Below are positions 20,690-30,086 of a stretch of DNA of 64,000 nt, one piece after another. Origin of the DNA: a virus; IMG/VR virus record IMGVR_UViG_3300047472_000102, positions 1 through 64,000 of that record. The stretch is one strand, 5' to 3'. The translations under genes were made by a program, and so were the position numbers. Below the pieces are notes generated by a model that did not search any database, had not been told where the DNA came from, and saw only the letters and a list, made by a program, of their open reading frames with translations. Positions within the stretch are counted from its first letter, which is position 1. Each line of letters starts with the position of its first letter.

Positions 20690-22762
20690 CTAAACCGGAG
20701 TGATCGTATTTCCGGCCAGCATGTCTTTCCACGTCGCACCCGTAGCGCCACCATTCGCCCGCATCAACATGCCGGTGGTTGAGTTGAACACGAGTTTATT
20801 CAGGAATTTTCCAGTCGTGTTAATCGAACTGGTCAAGCTCGAAAGATTGGCCGTCGTATCTGAAGGTATCGACAGGCCGCCCTTGCTGCCAAACGTCATC
20901 ACACCGTCATGAGTAATCTGCACCGGGACATTGTTGCTTTCGTCGATAACACGCCAGCCTTGAGAAGAGCCGCGCAGTCGCGGACCAATCCATGAAGCGA
21001 AGCGTTGCTCACCATAATCGTCATCGAACGCCTGAGCAGGGCTGAAGACTCCAGCTGCAGTATATCGACCGGTTGCGAGGCCGATATCTCTGCCCTGGTA
21101 CGGGGTAAAATCAACCGCAAACTTTGCATGCTGCACCCACATGAGGGCCGCCGCACTAGAAGTTGCGATCATCCGCGAGCCCTGGCTATTCGCCAGCAAC
21201 GAGCCGCTGACTTTTATCATTTGCGCTTCGGCATATGCGCCAGTGAAAAACAGCTCGCTAGCCTTACCGAAAAAGATGCAAATATCGTCCGGCCCGATGA
21301 ACGTGCAATTGTACCATTTGAGCCCGCGCATGACGCCGCCGGAAATCTCCATGCACATCGACGGGGACGCGAATGGTGTATCCAGTTGATCCGACGTCGC
21401 AAGATGACCAGATTGATGACTAAGCGGTCGAATATCGCAATCGATGAAACTTGTTCCGGCAAAGCCCCAGTTGCTCCCAACGATAACCTCAGGGCTGCGA
21501 ACCGAGACGCCAGCGAACCCTTGGAAATGAGAGCCAATAGCTCGACCTTTTTCGCAGCTTGGGGTTTTCCCGTCGCCCAGATCATGAGACGAGACAAGCA
21601 AGGCGGTCTTGCGCCAGTGGCCGTAGACAATGCAATTGTCGATCTGCCACCAGTCGGCGTTCCTTGCCCAAACACCGACATCCCAATCATCCGACAGGCG
21701 GCCATCCGTCCCGACGTATCCATCCGTTCCGTCGAAAAAGGGATAGATACCGAGATTATGTAGACCACTATTCTTGCCGAGGATGATGCCAGCGCTGAAA
21801 TTGACTGAGAAGTCATTCGTCTTGTAAGTATCGCCACGCGTGCCGCTATCCGCTAGATAGGCCTCACCCACAGACAGGTTTGCGACACTCGTAGCGGTCG
21901 CGCCGTCGATCGAATATGACTTCGTACCCGTTCCGTTGAAGACGATTTTGGTATTGTGGCTGTAAAGATAGCCGCCGCCATCGCCTCGCACGTGGACGCC
22001 GTCGGGAACGACGAACGTAGAGGCTATGAGATAGGTTCCGGCAGGAACAAAGACGTCAGCTTTCGTGAGCTGTGCGTACGCGAATGTTGCTGTGAATGCT
22101 GGCGTATCATCGGCAGCGCCATCACCCGCAGCGCCGAGCATCCTCACATTAATCTGCTGTCCGCTTGCAATACCCCATCGTTTAATTCCATTATTGGAAA
22201 TAAGCTGACCGGGTTCATCTGCCTCAGCTTGAGCTTTTAAACGGTAGTATGCTCCACCACCATCGCCTGGATTATAATAACCATTAGTCCTAATAACATT
22301 CATATCATTAGGAACATTTTGATTACTAAGTACTACAGCACTATCATAAAGACTTTGGGTAGCTAAAGAAGCTGAACCAGAGAGAGTAATGAATTCTGCC
22401 CCTCTAGCATCTCCAGTATCGACGTAGATACCTCCTGTGTGACTTCCTACAGTGTGAGGAGTATATTTCACTTGAATAGCTGCATGGCTACCAGCATTGA
22501 TCTGTGTGGGCATTGTACCCACAAGAGCAAAATCACCTACAACTGAAATGGAATTAATAGTCAAATCCTGAAAACCAGAATTGACTAAAACCACAGTTTG
22601 GGGATCAGATTCTTCCCCTGCAACAATCTCTTGAAAGATTAATGAAGTAGGAAAAATGGAGAGGGCATAACGCCCCCTCCCATCTGGATAGGTACCTTGA
22701 TTAGGGTCATTAATAACGACCGGATCATTAAAATCAGTAACTGGATGATATACTTCAGTCAT
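20690..22762 (-). CDS. Tailspike/depolymerase 2 (N-terminal ASH/Ig-like domain + pectate-lyase-like beta-helix)
   Basis: PTSLIF..QTVVLVNSG..LTINSI Ig-like segment; GYYNPGDGGGAYY; INVRMLGAAGDGAADDTPAF (Pectate_lyase_3 start). Confidence 0.8.
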   Translation of the reverse strand: MTEVYHPVTDFNDPVVINDPNQGTYPDGRGRYALSIFPTSLIFQEIVAGEESDPQTVVLVNSGFQDLTINSISVVGDFALVGTMPTQINAGSHAAIQVKYTPHTVGSHTGGIYVDTGDARGAEFITLSGSASLATQSLYDSAVVLSNQNVPNDMNVIRTNGYYNPGDGGGAYYRLKAQAEADEPGQLISNNGIKRWGIASGQQINVRMLGAAGDGAADDTPAFTATFAYAQLTKADVFVPAGTYLIASTFVVPDGVHVRGDGGGYLYSHNTKIVFNGTGTKSYSIDGATATSVANLSVGEAYLADSGTRGDTYKTNDFSVNFSAGIILGKNSGLHNLGIYPFFDGTDGYVGTDGRLSDDWDVGVWARNADWWQIDNCIVYGHWRKTALLVSSHDLGDGKTPSCEKGRAIGSHFQGFAGVSVRSPEVIVGSNWGFAGTSFIDCDIRPLSHQSGHLATSDQLDTPFASPSMCMEISGGVMRGLKWYNCTFIGPDDICIFFGKASELFFTGAYAEAQMIKVSGSLLANSQGSRMIATSSAAALMWVQHAKFAVDFTPYQGRDIGLATGRYTAAGVFSPAQAFDDDYGEQRFASWIGPRLRGSSQGWRVIDESNNVPVQITHDGVMTFGSKGGLSIPSDTTANLSSLTSSINTTGKFLNKLVFNSTTGMLMRANGGATGATWKDMLAGNTITPV

Positions 22763-22771
22763 TTTACCCTC

Positions 22772-25276
22772 TTAATCCAAACGGCTAATCTGGACACTGC
22801 AATAACCAGCACCAGTAGTAAGCGGAACCACTGAACTATGTGCAGAAGTAGCTGCAATTTGAACAGTGTCTGAAGTACCTCCAATAACTGGAGTCAGATT
22901 AAAAATACCAGTAATTGCTAGCATACAGGTACCATCAGCAGCAGCCTTACCTTCCTGAATTTTGGCAGTTCCAGAAGGGAGAATAATACCTAGTGTTGCC
23001 CCTTCTCCAGAGGTCATAGAGCCAGAAATACGCATATTGGCTTGGATTTCGTAGACACCTGGAAATAAGGGAACAAAAGTATGAGCAGTATTATCCCATT
23101 CCCCAAGAGTATCGATACCAGTAGTATCCACAAGATTTAGAATAGTGGCAGCATTTGATGCAGCAACATTCTGGCCTACACCATTCAGGTTAGCTGTAAC
23201 ACGACTCTTAACCGATGGTTTCATGGTTAGACCAGCCCAACCCTGAGAGCAGTAACGCTGCTTAACATCCGTGGCACTACCAGCAGTCAGTTTACCTGTA
23301 ATAATATTGTTCGGGTTAGAGCCTACCTGAGCAGTGTTACGGCAAACCGTATTGCCACCAGATGGGTTATAAACACCATCCAAGAACTGGTTACCATAGA
23401 CAGAACCAGTACCAGAAGCTGATAGCTGAATGCAGCTATTATCTGGATAATCCACAATAGACATATTGTAGATGACATTATTAGAACCAGTATTGTCATG
23501 GCAATCAAAACCGGTAGAGCCTTGGCAGACGATACCAGCAGCACCAGCAGCAATAATGGTATTGGAATCAATGGTGTTATACGAAGCACCATAAATGAAC
23601 TTCAGGCCAAAGATATTGCAGCCAAAAAGATGGTTGTTATGGACCTTGCCATAACACTCAAAAATATCACAACCTTCAGCAACACTCTCGATGTAATTAT
23701 CATGAATATTGAAGTAGGTAAGTCCAGACATCTCAGCCAGATTAATACCATCAGACTGGTCAGTATGACGAGCTAATCCAGCACCAGTAAAGTGGATATT
23801 CTTAATATGGTTCTCATAGATATGAGTACCCTTGCTTACACCATGGTAGGCAGCAAAGTCATTCATTGAACCAATAGCAGTAACATTAGGTGCAGAGTCC
23901 GCAGCATCGCCAGCAGAGACAGCTGGGTAGATACCAGACTCAAGGCAGTCATGAATGTAGTTATGATGGATTTGCGTGTTCCAACAGCCATAGATACCAA
24001 TCATAATACCCATGCCAAAACCAGTAAACTCGCAATGATCGATCTCGCAATCAGACAGGTTACGCAGTTCAACAGGGTATTGAGCCAATCCAGAAGGATT
24101 GTTACCCAAAAACTTGATGCCCGACATACGAATATTCGCACGACGAACACCACCAGAACTCTGGTGACCAATAACGATACCAATGGCATTAGAGCCAAAT
24201 CGACCGGTAGAATTCAATGACCAGCCACCGGGACCAGCATTGACCTGAGCAATACGGGCATCACCTGCAATATAAGGATTATTGTTATTAAAATACTGCT
24301 TATCCATAAAGATAGTAGCAGTACCATCTGAAGTGAACTTCAGATTATCAACAGTAATAGACAAGTTGGAACGAGGATAATAAGTTTTACCTGGGGTAAG
24401 ACGAATATCCAACCAACCTGAATTTAAAGCAGCTTGCATAGCTGGTTGATCATCAAAAGCCGCAGAGCATTTAGCACCACATTGTTCTGGTGTTAGGGTA
24501 GCTCCCACAAACCCATACCATTGAACAGTCACTCCATCCTGAAGCGTAATAGAGAATTTAGGTCCATTAGCAGGTTGAGAAGCCACAGCCTTATAATAGG
24601 CACCGCCATCATCGAAAATCGTATTATAACCTAATACCTGGATAAACGTTGGTGCAGTAACAGGTGTCATAGCTTGAGCAGCTGTACGAGTAAGAGCAAT
24701 AGCAGTAGTACCATTAACTGAATCAGCAGCTGACTGTGCTGCCTCAGCAGCGGCCTCAGCCGCAGTCTGAGCAATTACTGCATTACCAGCAGCAGTAGTA
24801 GCAGTATCACGGCTATTAGCTGCATTAGTGGCACTACTGGAAGCAGCTGTAGCACTGGCAGCAGCAGCATTTTGAGCAGCTTGTGCACCTGCAATAGCAG
24901 TAGCTACATCACCAAACTCGTCAACTAGATTTTCAACAGTATCGATTTTAGCATTAACTTCAGTAATCTGACCCGGTAGAGCAGTGATAACATCAAGCTC
25001 ATTATAGACTGCATTAATCTGATTAATATTAGTCGATACAGTCGTAAGAGCAGTCACATAAGGGAAGATGTTCTGAATATCACTAATGTGAGTAGACACA
25101 TTAATAATGTTATCAATATCGTTAGAAACCTTCCAGATGTCTTCCATATAAAAGGAGACATGCTTTACAGTTGGAAGATTATCCGAAACATTCTTAACAG
25201 TCTCAAAGGCCGTACCGATCAAACGGGATACGACCTGAGCACCATCGTAAGGATTATTCGTAGGTGAAATGGACAT
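22772..25276 (-). CDS. Tailspike/tail fibre 1 with right-handed beta-helix
   Basis: N4-like fibre N-terminus, Ala-rich coil, TPEQCGAK..FDDQPAMQAAL, repeated IHHNYIHD/IYENHIKN/IHDNYIES rungs. Confidence 0.8.
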   Translation of the reverse strand: MSISPTNNPYDGAQVVSRLIGTAFETVKNVSDNLPTVKHVSFYMEDIWKVSNDIDNIINVSTHISDIQNIFPYVTALTTVSTNINQINAVYNELDVITALPGQITEVNAKIDTVENLVDEFGDVATAIAGAQAAQNAAAASATAASSSATNAANSRDTATTAAGNAVIAQTAAEAAAEAAQSAADSVNGTTAIALTRTAAQAMTPVTAPTFIQVLGYNTIFDDGGAYYKAVASQPANGPKFSITLQDGVTVQWYGFVGATLTPEQCGAKCSAAFDDQPAMQAALNSGWLDIRLTPGKTYYPRSNLSITVDNLKFTSDGTATIFMDKQYFNNNNPYIAGDARIAQVNAGPGGWSLNSTGRFGSNAIGIVIGHQSSGGVRRANIRMSGIKFLGNNPSGLAQYPVELRNLSDCEIDHCEFTGFGMGIMIGIYGCWNTQIHHNYIHDCLESGIYPAVSAGDAADSAPNVTAIGSMNDFAAYHGVSKGTHIYENHIKNIHFTGAGLARHTDQSDGINLAEMSGLTYFNIHDNYIESVAEGCDIFECYGKVHNNHLFGCNIFGLKFIYGASYNTIDSNTIIAAGAAGIVCQGSTGFDCHDNTGSNNVIYNMSIVDYPDNSCIQLSASGTGSVYGNQFLDGVYNPSGGNTVCRNTAQVGSNPNNIITGKLTAGSATDVKQRYCSQGWAGLTMKPSVKSRVTANLNGVGQNVAASNAATILNLVDTTGIDTLGEWDNTAHTFVPLFPGVYEIQANMRISGSMTSGEGATLGIILPSGTAKIQEGKAAADGTCMLAITGIFNLTPVIGGTSDTVQIAATSAHSSVVPLTTGAGYCSVQISRLD

Positions 25277-25992
25277 TAGACGAAACCTCGTTCTTCCAAT
25301 TTAGTGGTAGTATTCGATTGGGTCTGACTGACCAAATCCTTTTCTTCAATAAGAGTGCAGTCTGCTTCAAATAAAGCGAAGTAGTCCTGTGCCTTGGCAG
25401 AGTGATCCTGCCCATTCATATGGTTATATACCTTAAAAGCTACATGATTTGTAAGTGCCGATATTAGAAAATCTGGCAAAGGTATTTCCTGTGCAATCAG
25501 ATCATCTTGGCTCAATCCCAATGCCTTTAGTGGTTTTGCTTTAGCCTGATAAACCACGGACAGATATTGGCCGTTAATAGGATTAGGCACTTGCAGAACC
25601 AAAGGAGAAGGGGTGTAGACGCTATTATGTCTGCCTGGGTCATTCAGAGGAAGCTTGTGACGCAAAGCATCCCAGACCTCAACGACCTGAACTACATTCT
25701 CCATATAGGGATGTTCTGGAAGATCAAGGATGTACTTGTACTTCTGCTTGGAACCACTAGACATGGCAAATTCCTTCCTAAGATTATAGGAAGTAATCCA
25801 GTCGTGAAGCTCTAAAATAAGTTCATCAGTAGACAAGATGAATCGCTTATAGAGGAGGTCTAGTCCACTATTAATATAGGTAATAAGTTTACCTGTATCC
25901 TTCTCTCTAATGGTTCCAGAGCCTTCATTGCTAATAGCAAGATTAGAAAGTTCACCAACCGAGAGGATATAGAAGAGTTCGGAAACCTTCAT
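25276..25992 (-). CDS. Head-tail adaptor (N4 gp67-like)
   Basis: LSVGELSNL...INSGL..LYKRF; C-terminal KLEERGFV; next to terminase. Confidence 0.8.
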   Translation of the reverse strand: MKVSELFYILSVGELSNLAISNEGSGTIREKDTGKLITYINSGLDLLYKRFILSTDELILELHDWITSYNLRKEFAMSSGSKQKYKYILDLPEHPYMENVVQVVEVWDALRHKLPLNDPGRHNSVYTPSPLVLQVPNPINGQYLSVVYQAKAKPLKALGLSQDDLIAQEIPLPDFLISALTNHVAFKVYNHMNGQDHSAKAQDYFALFEADCTLIEEKDLVSQTQSNTTTKLEERGFV

Positions 25993-26005
25993 CTTGATTC
26001 CTCAA

Positions 26006-27607
26006 TTAGACAACATAAGACATCATAGGGGTAACAGCTTCTTCGGGAGCTTCATCCTCGAAAACGTTGTTGCCTTCCTCATCCTTTATGTTGCCGCTGG
26101 AATCAGTCGGTTTCCAAGGCTTGAGATAGCCTAGCATAGAGACAGTATCAACACAGTCATCTTTGCCTTTAATGCCATTTATTGTTACCAGCTTTATTTG
26201 ATTTAGGAAATGCCCCAAAACAACAGTGTCTCTCATTTCCATAGGCCAATAAATCTTACCTGCCTTGAACCAAGGAACTACAATATTAAATCTTGCCAGT
26301 TTATTAGCATCTGGCCAAATTCCTGGTTCTCCTGATTTGCGATTACTTGCAAAACTAAACCAGATATTACGATTGATCATCTCCTGTTCAAGCCATTTGA
26401 CGAATGTGTTCTGTTGGCCTGACACTTCAATGCCCACTTGCTGGGGACGATACTTGGAAACAAGCCTGAAGAGGTCATTGACTGACTTATCAGCTGTCTG
26501 ACGTGTACATACCCCATCGACCCAGAACCAGTCTCCATTGGCATTGTAGGCCCATACAGAGATAACCGAAAAGTCAGAGCGTTGCTTATCTGTAGTGGCA
26601 AAGTCCGTAGTGATGTAGAAGTTATACATCGACCTACGTTCCATCAGAGGAACACGATTATACCATCTAATATCAGCATCCTGAACAAGACGCTCTTCAT
26701 CACTCGAAATGCGAAGCATAAGCTCTTGAAAGAATGCAGCCGTATGTCCAGTGGCTACAGCCTTCTGGTACATGTCGTTTACGAACTTGTAAGTGAATCG
26801 ATCAGGCCATGCAGAGACGAATTCTTCTTCTGGGACAGGCCAAGACTCACATACGGGATAGACACTGGCATCCCAACCACCACTCTCAACGGCTTTTACA
26901 ATTGGATCGACTTGAGAAAATGGGGTTCCATTGAAGATCACCTTTCTACGGGTAGGATCAAGAGCAAAATCGACACCTTTATAGATCGTATCTTCAATAG
27001 AGGATATGGCCGTAGGCGACCGTGCATCGTCGTCAGAGAGCAAATCGTCAAGAACTGCTAGTGGAGGGCGTCTACCGAAGATTTTCGTTCCACGAAGTCC
27101 TGTCTGGGCACCAAAGAGCTTCACTCCAAACTGCTCACCATCCTTGTTGGCAAATTCCCAGTATTTTTCGGTGAAATGAGCTTCTGGGAGCCATTCTTGA
27201 AGGAACTCGGAATTGTCATAGCGATGCTGGGTATTCTTACGGGCACTGGCTACACCGTTATCCATACTATCAGAGACATAGATCATGCTTTCCACACTGC
27301 CGAAATTAGGCAAATAATGCATGGTACCCAAAAACAGGCTGAAATACTCCATAAACAGAGTAGTCTTAGCAGCACCACGGAAAATCAGATTAACGATATT
27401 AGTACTATCACTAATCGTTTTATCGAGCATTTTCAGATGGACTGCTGGGGTCTTGTGAGTTTCCCCTTCAGAGCCATTTACGAGCTTAATGAAATTCATG
27501 AAATAAAGGGCAAATTCAGAAGGTACATAAGAACCCTCTGAAAGGTCTGTATAATCGACTTGATTAAGCCATTCATCTAATGATTTTTTGATAATAATCT
27601 GTGTCAT
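26006..27607 (-). CDS. terL: Terminase large subunit (N4 gp68-like)
   Basis: Walker A-like FRGAAKTT, Walker B LAVLDDL, FNGTPF, nuclease YITTDFA and KDDCVD. Confidence 0.93.
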   Translation of the reverse strand: MTQIIIKKSLDEWLNQVDYTDLSEGSYVPSEFALYFMNFIKLVNGSEGETHKTPAVHLKMLDKTISDSTNIVNLIFRGAAKTTLFMEYFSLFLGTMHYLPNFGSVESMIYVSDSMDNGVASARKNTQHRYDNSEFLQEWLPEAHFTEKYWEFANKDGEQFGVKLFGAQTGLRGTKIFGRRPPLAVLDDLLSDDDARSPTAISSIEDTIYKGVDFALDPTRRKVIFNGTPFSQVDPIVKAVESGGWDASVYPVCESWPVPEEEFVSAWPDRFTYKFVNDMYQKAVATGHTAAFFQELMLRISSDEERLVQDADIRWYNRVPLMERRSMYNFYITTDFATTDKQRSDFSVISVWAYNANGDWFWVDGVCTRQTADKSVNDLFRLVSKYRPQQVGIEVSGQQNTFVKWLEQEMINRNIWFSFASNRKSGEPGIWPDANKLARFNIVVPWFKAGKIYWPMEMRDTVVLGHFLNQIKLVTINGIKGKDDCVDTVSMLGYLKPWKPTDSSGNIKDEEGNNVFEDEAPEEAVTPMMSYVV

Positions 27608-28347
27608 TCTTCATCCTCTGCCTTGTGCAGACGTGTGGCAGCTACTTCAATGGTTTTCATGGTTCCCATTTGAATGGCTTGCCTCTGGCCTTGAGCCAAG
27701 GAAGTAAGAGCATCCGTGAGTGCCCTCATGCCTTGCTGGTCAGACTCGCTCATATTAATTTGAAGCTGTCCCTTAATGGTCTCTGGCTTCTTTAAGTGGG
27801 TGAGAATACTGTTAGCTGCTTCTGTTCGAACCTTTTCACTATCAGCATTTTTCATGAGATCGAACTGCACATTAAGTGCTTCCTGATACATGTGCTGATT
27901 AAGTACCCATGAAGGTACGAGGCTCTGCTCAAGAATGAGGTTAACCAGTTTGCCCTTCTTGTAGATGGCAATGTAGCTAGCAATCTCTTTTTCGGGTTTC
28001 CCAGCTGCCACGAGCTTTGTGTAGCGATCTGGAAAGGTCTTTATCCAAGATTCCTTATCCGTATAGCCCATAAGCTTGAACGATACGAAGGACACTGCAT
28101 AGAGATAATCCTCTGTCTTGAACTTACCATCCTTAAGGACGGCAGTATAAGACATGAAGTTATCACGTATAATCTCCCTGATATTATCATCAGTACTAAT
28201 AGCATTAATCTTATCAACAAATGCTTGAGTAATAGATGATTTGAGGGTTGTAGGTACTGCTGCTTTGACTTGATCAATAGTAATAAGATTCTGTGGCAAA
28301 TCAGGTTTAGTACTAAAAGGTGCAGATAGTTCTGTCATTTCATTCAC
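27604..28347 (-). CDS. N4 gp69-like protein (candidate small terminase)
   Basis: NFMSYTAVLKDGKFK..DY..AV and SEKVRTEAANSILTHLKKPE; directly upstream of terL. Confidence 0.75.
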   Translation of the reverse strand: MNEMTELSAPFSTKPDLPQNLITIDQVKAAVPTTLKSSITQAFVDKINAISTDDNIREIIRDNFMSYTAVLKDGKFKTEDYLYAVSFVSFKLMGYTDKESWIKTFPDRYTKLVAAGKPEKEIASYIAIYKKGKLVNLILEQSLVPSWVLNQHMYQEALNVQFDLMKNADSEKVRTEAANSILTHLKKPETIKGQLQINMSESDQQGMRALTDALTSLAQGQRQAIQMGTMKTIEVAATRLHKAEDEE

Positions 28348-28380
28348 TTGATTTTTGTTAAATACTTATTGTACTAATCA

Positions 28381-28482
28381 GTTGGGTAGTCGAGTTTGTC
28401 TCCTACCCCCTGATTGGGTTTTGATGGGTTGACCCTTAATCAGGTGCTTGGGGAGGTAGGTTTTCCTACCTCCCTCTTTTTT
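28381..28482 (+). ncRNA. Candidate three-hairpin small RNA with its own terminator
   Basis: No ORF. Three hairpins, the last GGGAGGTAGG-TTTT-CCTACCTCCC plus a U-tract on the plus strand only; upstream TTGATT-N17-GTACTA. Confidence 0.5.
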
Positions 28483-28492
28483 CTTCGGTTCT

Positions 28493-28741
28493 TTACATGT
28501 GATCTTCAGGAAGAGTGATACGAGCAGGTTGGAAAACCGCTCTATTCATCCACATAAAAGCAGACTGAATTTCCGTCTTGGCAATAGAAAGCATACGCTT
28601 ATCATGATTATCAGAACTCATTAGTTCTTCTAAACGTCTCAATAATCTTTCTTCCATAATTTTATTGACGTTGACTGTCTGAACATTGTCATCAGACTGT
28701 TTCTTGTAACCTGCTACTGGAAGTCCTTTGTGTTCGGTCAT
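28493..28741 (-). CDS. Acb2/Tad1-family cyclic-nucleotide sponge (anti-CBASS)
   Basis: 82 aa, VAGYKKQS...N..K...DKRMLSIAKTEIQSAFMWMNRAVFQP; matches the recalled Acb2 pattern GY...N..K...R.LAI.KT.IQ...M...RA..QP. Confidence 0.75.
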   Translation of the reverse strand: MTEHKGLPVAGYKKQSDDNVQTVNVNKIMEERLLRRLEELMSSDNHDKRMLSIAKTEIQSAFMWMNRAVFQPARITLPEDHM

Positions 28742-28876
28742 TGAAAATACTAGCCTTTTATTGGGTTGGTTTACAGGTGTTATATAGGTCAGCAAATTAT
28801 GATTAAGTCAACTAATGATTATTGAGATAATCATGTTAGTCTTATTAATCAAAATGAATTTTAGTTTTGACCCCCC

Positions 28877-28905
28877 TTGCCTGAACCAAAAAGAAGAGCT
28901 AGACA
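28877..28905 (+). promoter_or_regulatory. Putative host sigma70 promoter for the ncRNA/tRNA cluster
   Basis: (C)TTGCCT-N17-TAGACA, close to the rhizobial CTTGAC-N17-CTATAT consensus; AT-rich upstream. Confidence 0.5.
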
Positions 28906-28999
28906 ACATTAACAATCAGAAATGCAAAATATCCCTTAAAATCTAGATAGGGATAAATGGGGAAGCTATGCCTATTCGGTGTAACTACCTTATAAGAGT

Positions 29000-29278
29000 T
29001 TAGAACCAGAGAGAAAAATTACTCATAAGACTAATCATATTATCAGGTTTAATCTGGTCAGATAGGATTCGTCATCTGCAAGACCGTGAGTAGGTCAATA
29101 TCGCCTCTGGTTCTAATGCCTTTGTAATACCGAATGCCGATAGGTCTACATTTTGGATATGAGATGACTTATCATTCCTTGTCGGTATTACATTAATTTG
29201 AGTAATAGGAATTTGGATTTATTCCGCCTATTATTCAAAGGTTAGGTATGTTCTCTGGGTACACCAGCTTACCTAACC
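29000..29278 (+). ncRNA. Four tandem closed-stem RNA domains 5' of tRNA-Pro
   Basis: Closing helices 29000-11/29105-16 (12 bp), 29123-33/29182-92 (11 bp), 29197-209/29227-39 (13 bp), 29240-48/29270-78 (9 bp). Confidence 0.6.
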
Positions 29279-29282
29279 ACTT

Positions 29283-29359
29283 CTGTGTGTAGCCCAGTCT
29301 GGTAGGGTATCTGATTTGGAGTCAGAGGGTCGCAGGTTCAAATCCTGCCACGCAGACCA
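29283..29359 (+). tRNA. tRNA-Pro(UGG)
   Basis: Cloverleaf; anticodon arm TCTGA-TTTGGAG-TCAGA; GGTTCAAATCC; ends in CCA. Confidence 0.93.
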
Positions 29360-29373
29360 ATTTGAAGAGTACT

Positions 29374-29458
29374 TTGGCGCGAGGTAGAAGCGCTAGGTGC
29401 CATCCAATTCGTCACCTAATGACATAGGACAGGATGGTTAAATGGGGGTATGCGCCAA
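29374..29458 (+). ncRNA. Structured RNA domain between tRNA-Pro and tRNA-Asn
   Basis: TTGGCGC/GCGCCAA closing stem; CCATCC/GGATGG and TAGGTG/CACCTA helices. Confidence 0.5.
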
Positions 29459-29467
29459 GCCTATTAT

Positions 29468-29543
29468 TGGAATATAGCTCAGTTGGTAGAGCAGGTGACT
29501 GTTAATCACCTTGTCCCTGGTTCGAGTCCAGGTATTCCAGCCA
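29468..29543 (+). tRNA. tRNA-Asn(GUU)
   Basis: Cloverleaf; GGTGA-CTGTTAA-TCACC; GGTTCGAGTCC; CCA end. Confidence 0.95.
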
Positions 29544-29550
29544 TTAAAAT

Positions 29551-30041
29551 CAAGAAGATGAACTGGCCCTTAGTAAGGATAATCCTGAAAAGAATAAGCA
29601 AGCTTCTTGTAGTCGTAGAGCAGGCTAGTATCCCTTTCTCTCCTGTGAGGGTACACTCCCTGATAAGGCTAGATAGCTCTACGAAGAATTCCTGATAGCC
29701 AGACACTATCGGGTTTAGTGCTGAAGGTACGCGTAAAACCGTGCTGCGAAAGAGCAGGAAGCTTGCTGTGGGGAGTTTACCCCTGTGTACTGCCTTGAGA
29801 TACGGAGCAAGAGCCTCTGCCTTCAGCCAACTAATTCGCATGGTGAGAAATGGGTGATAACCATTCAAAACCTTGCAATCACCTGCTTGGTGTAATCAGC
29901 CGTCTGTCTCTCTATGTCCCAGATACGTACCTCACAGACATAGTGGTTCAGGAATGCCACACATCCTAGAGTGCTTGAGCCGAGCAGTATTAGTCCAATC
30001 AGACAGGCCAAGGGGAGGGTAGAGTTGCAAATCTCCCTCCC
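29551..30041 (+). ncRNA. ~490-nt multi-domain structured RNA, or array of small RNAs
   Basis: Seven consecutive stem-closed domains with G-U pairs that favour the plus strand; no credible ORF. Confidence 0.55.
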
Positions 30042-30086
30042 TATTAATCTCAATTTACATTAGTCAAATCTTAATCTATGAGTATT

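Noticed and set aside
29378-29458. Lysine-riboswitch-like start (GAGGTAGAAGCGC) or HDV/theta ribozyme
   Set aside because: Too short for the riboswitch and missing its other arms; no P3/L3 for an HDV fold.
29720-30012. RNase P RNA-like words (GGAGCAAG, GCTTGAGCC)
   Set aside because: The universal P4 motifs GAGGAAAGUCC and ACAGAA.CCGGCUUA are absent.
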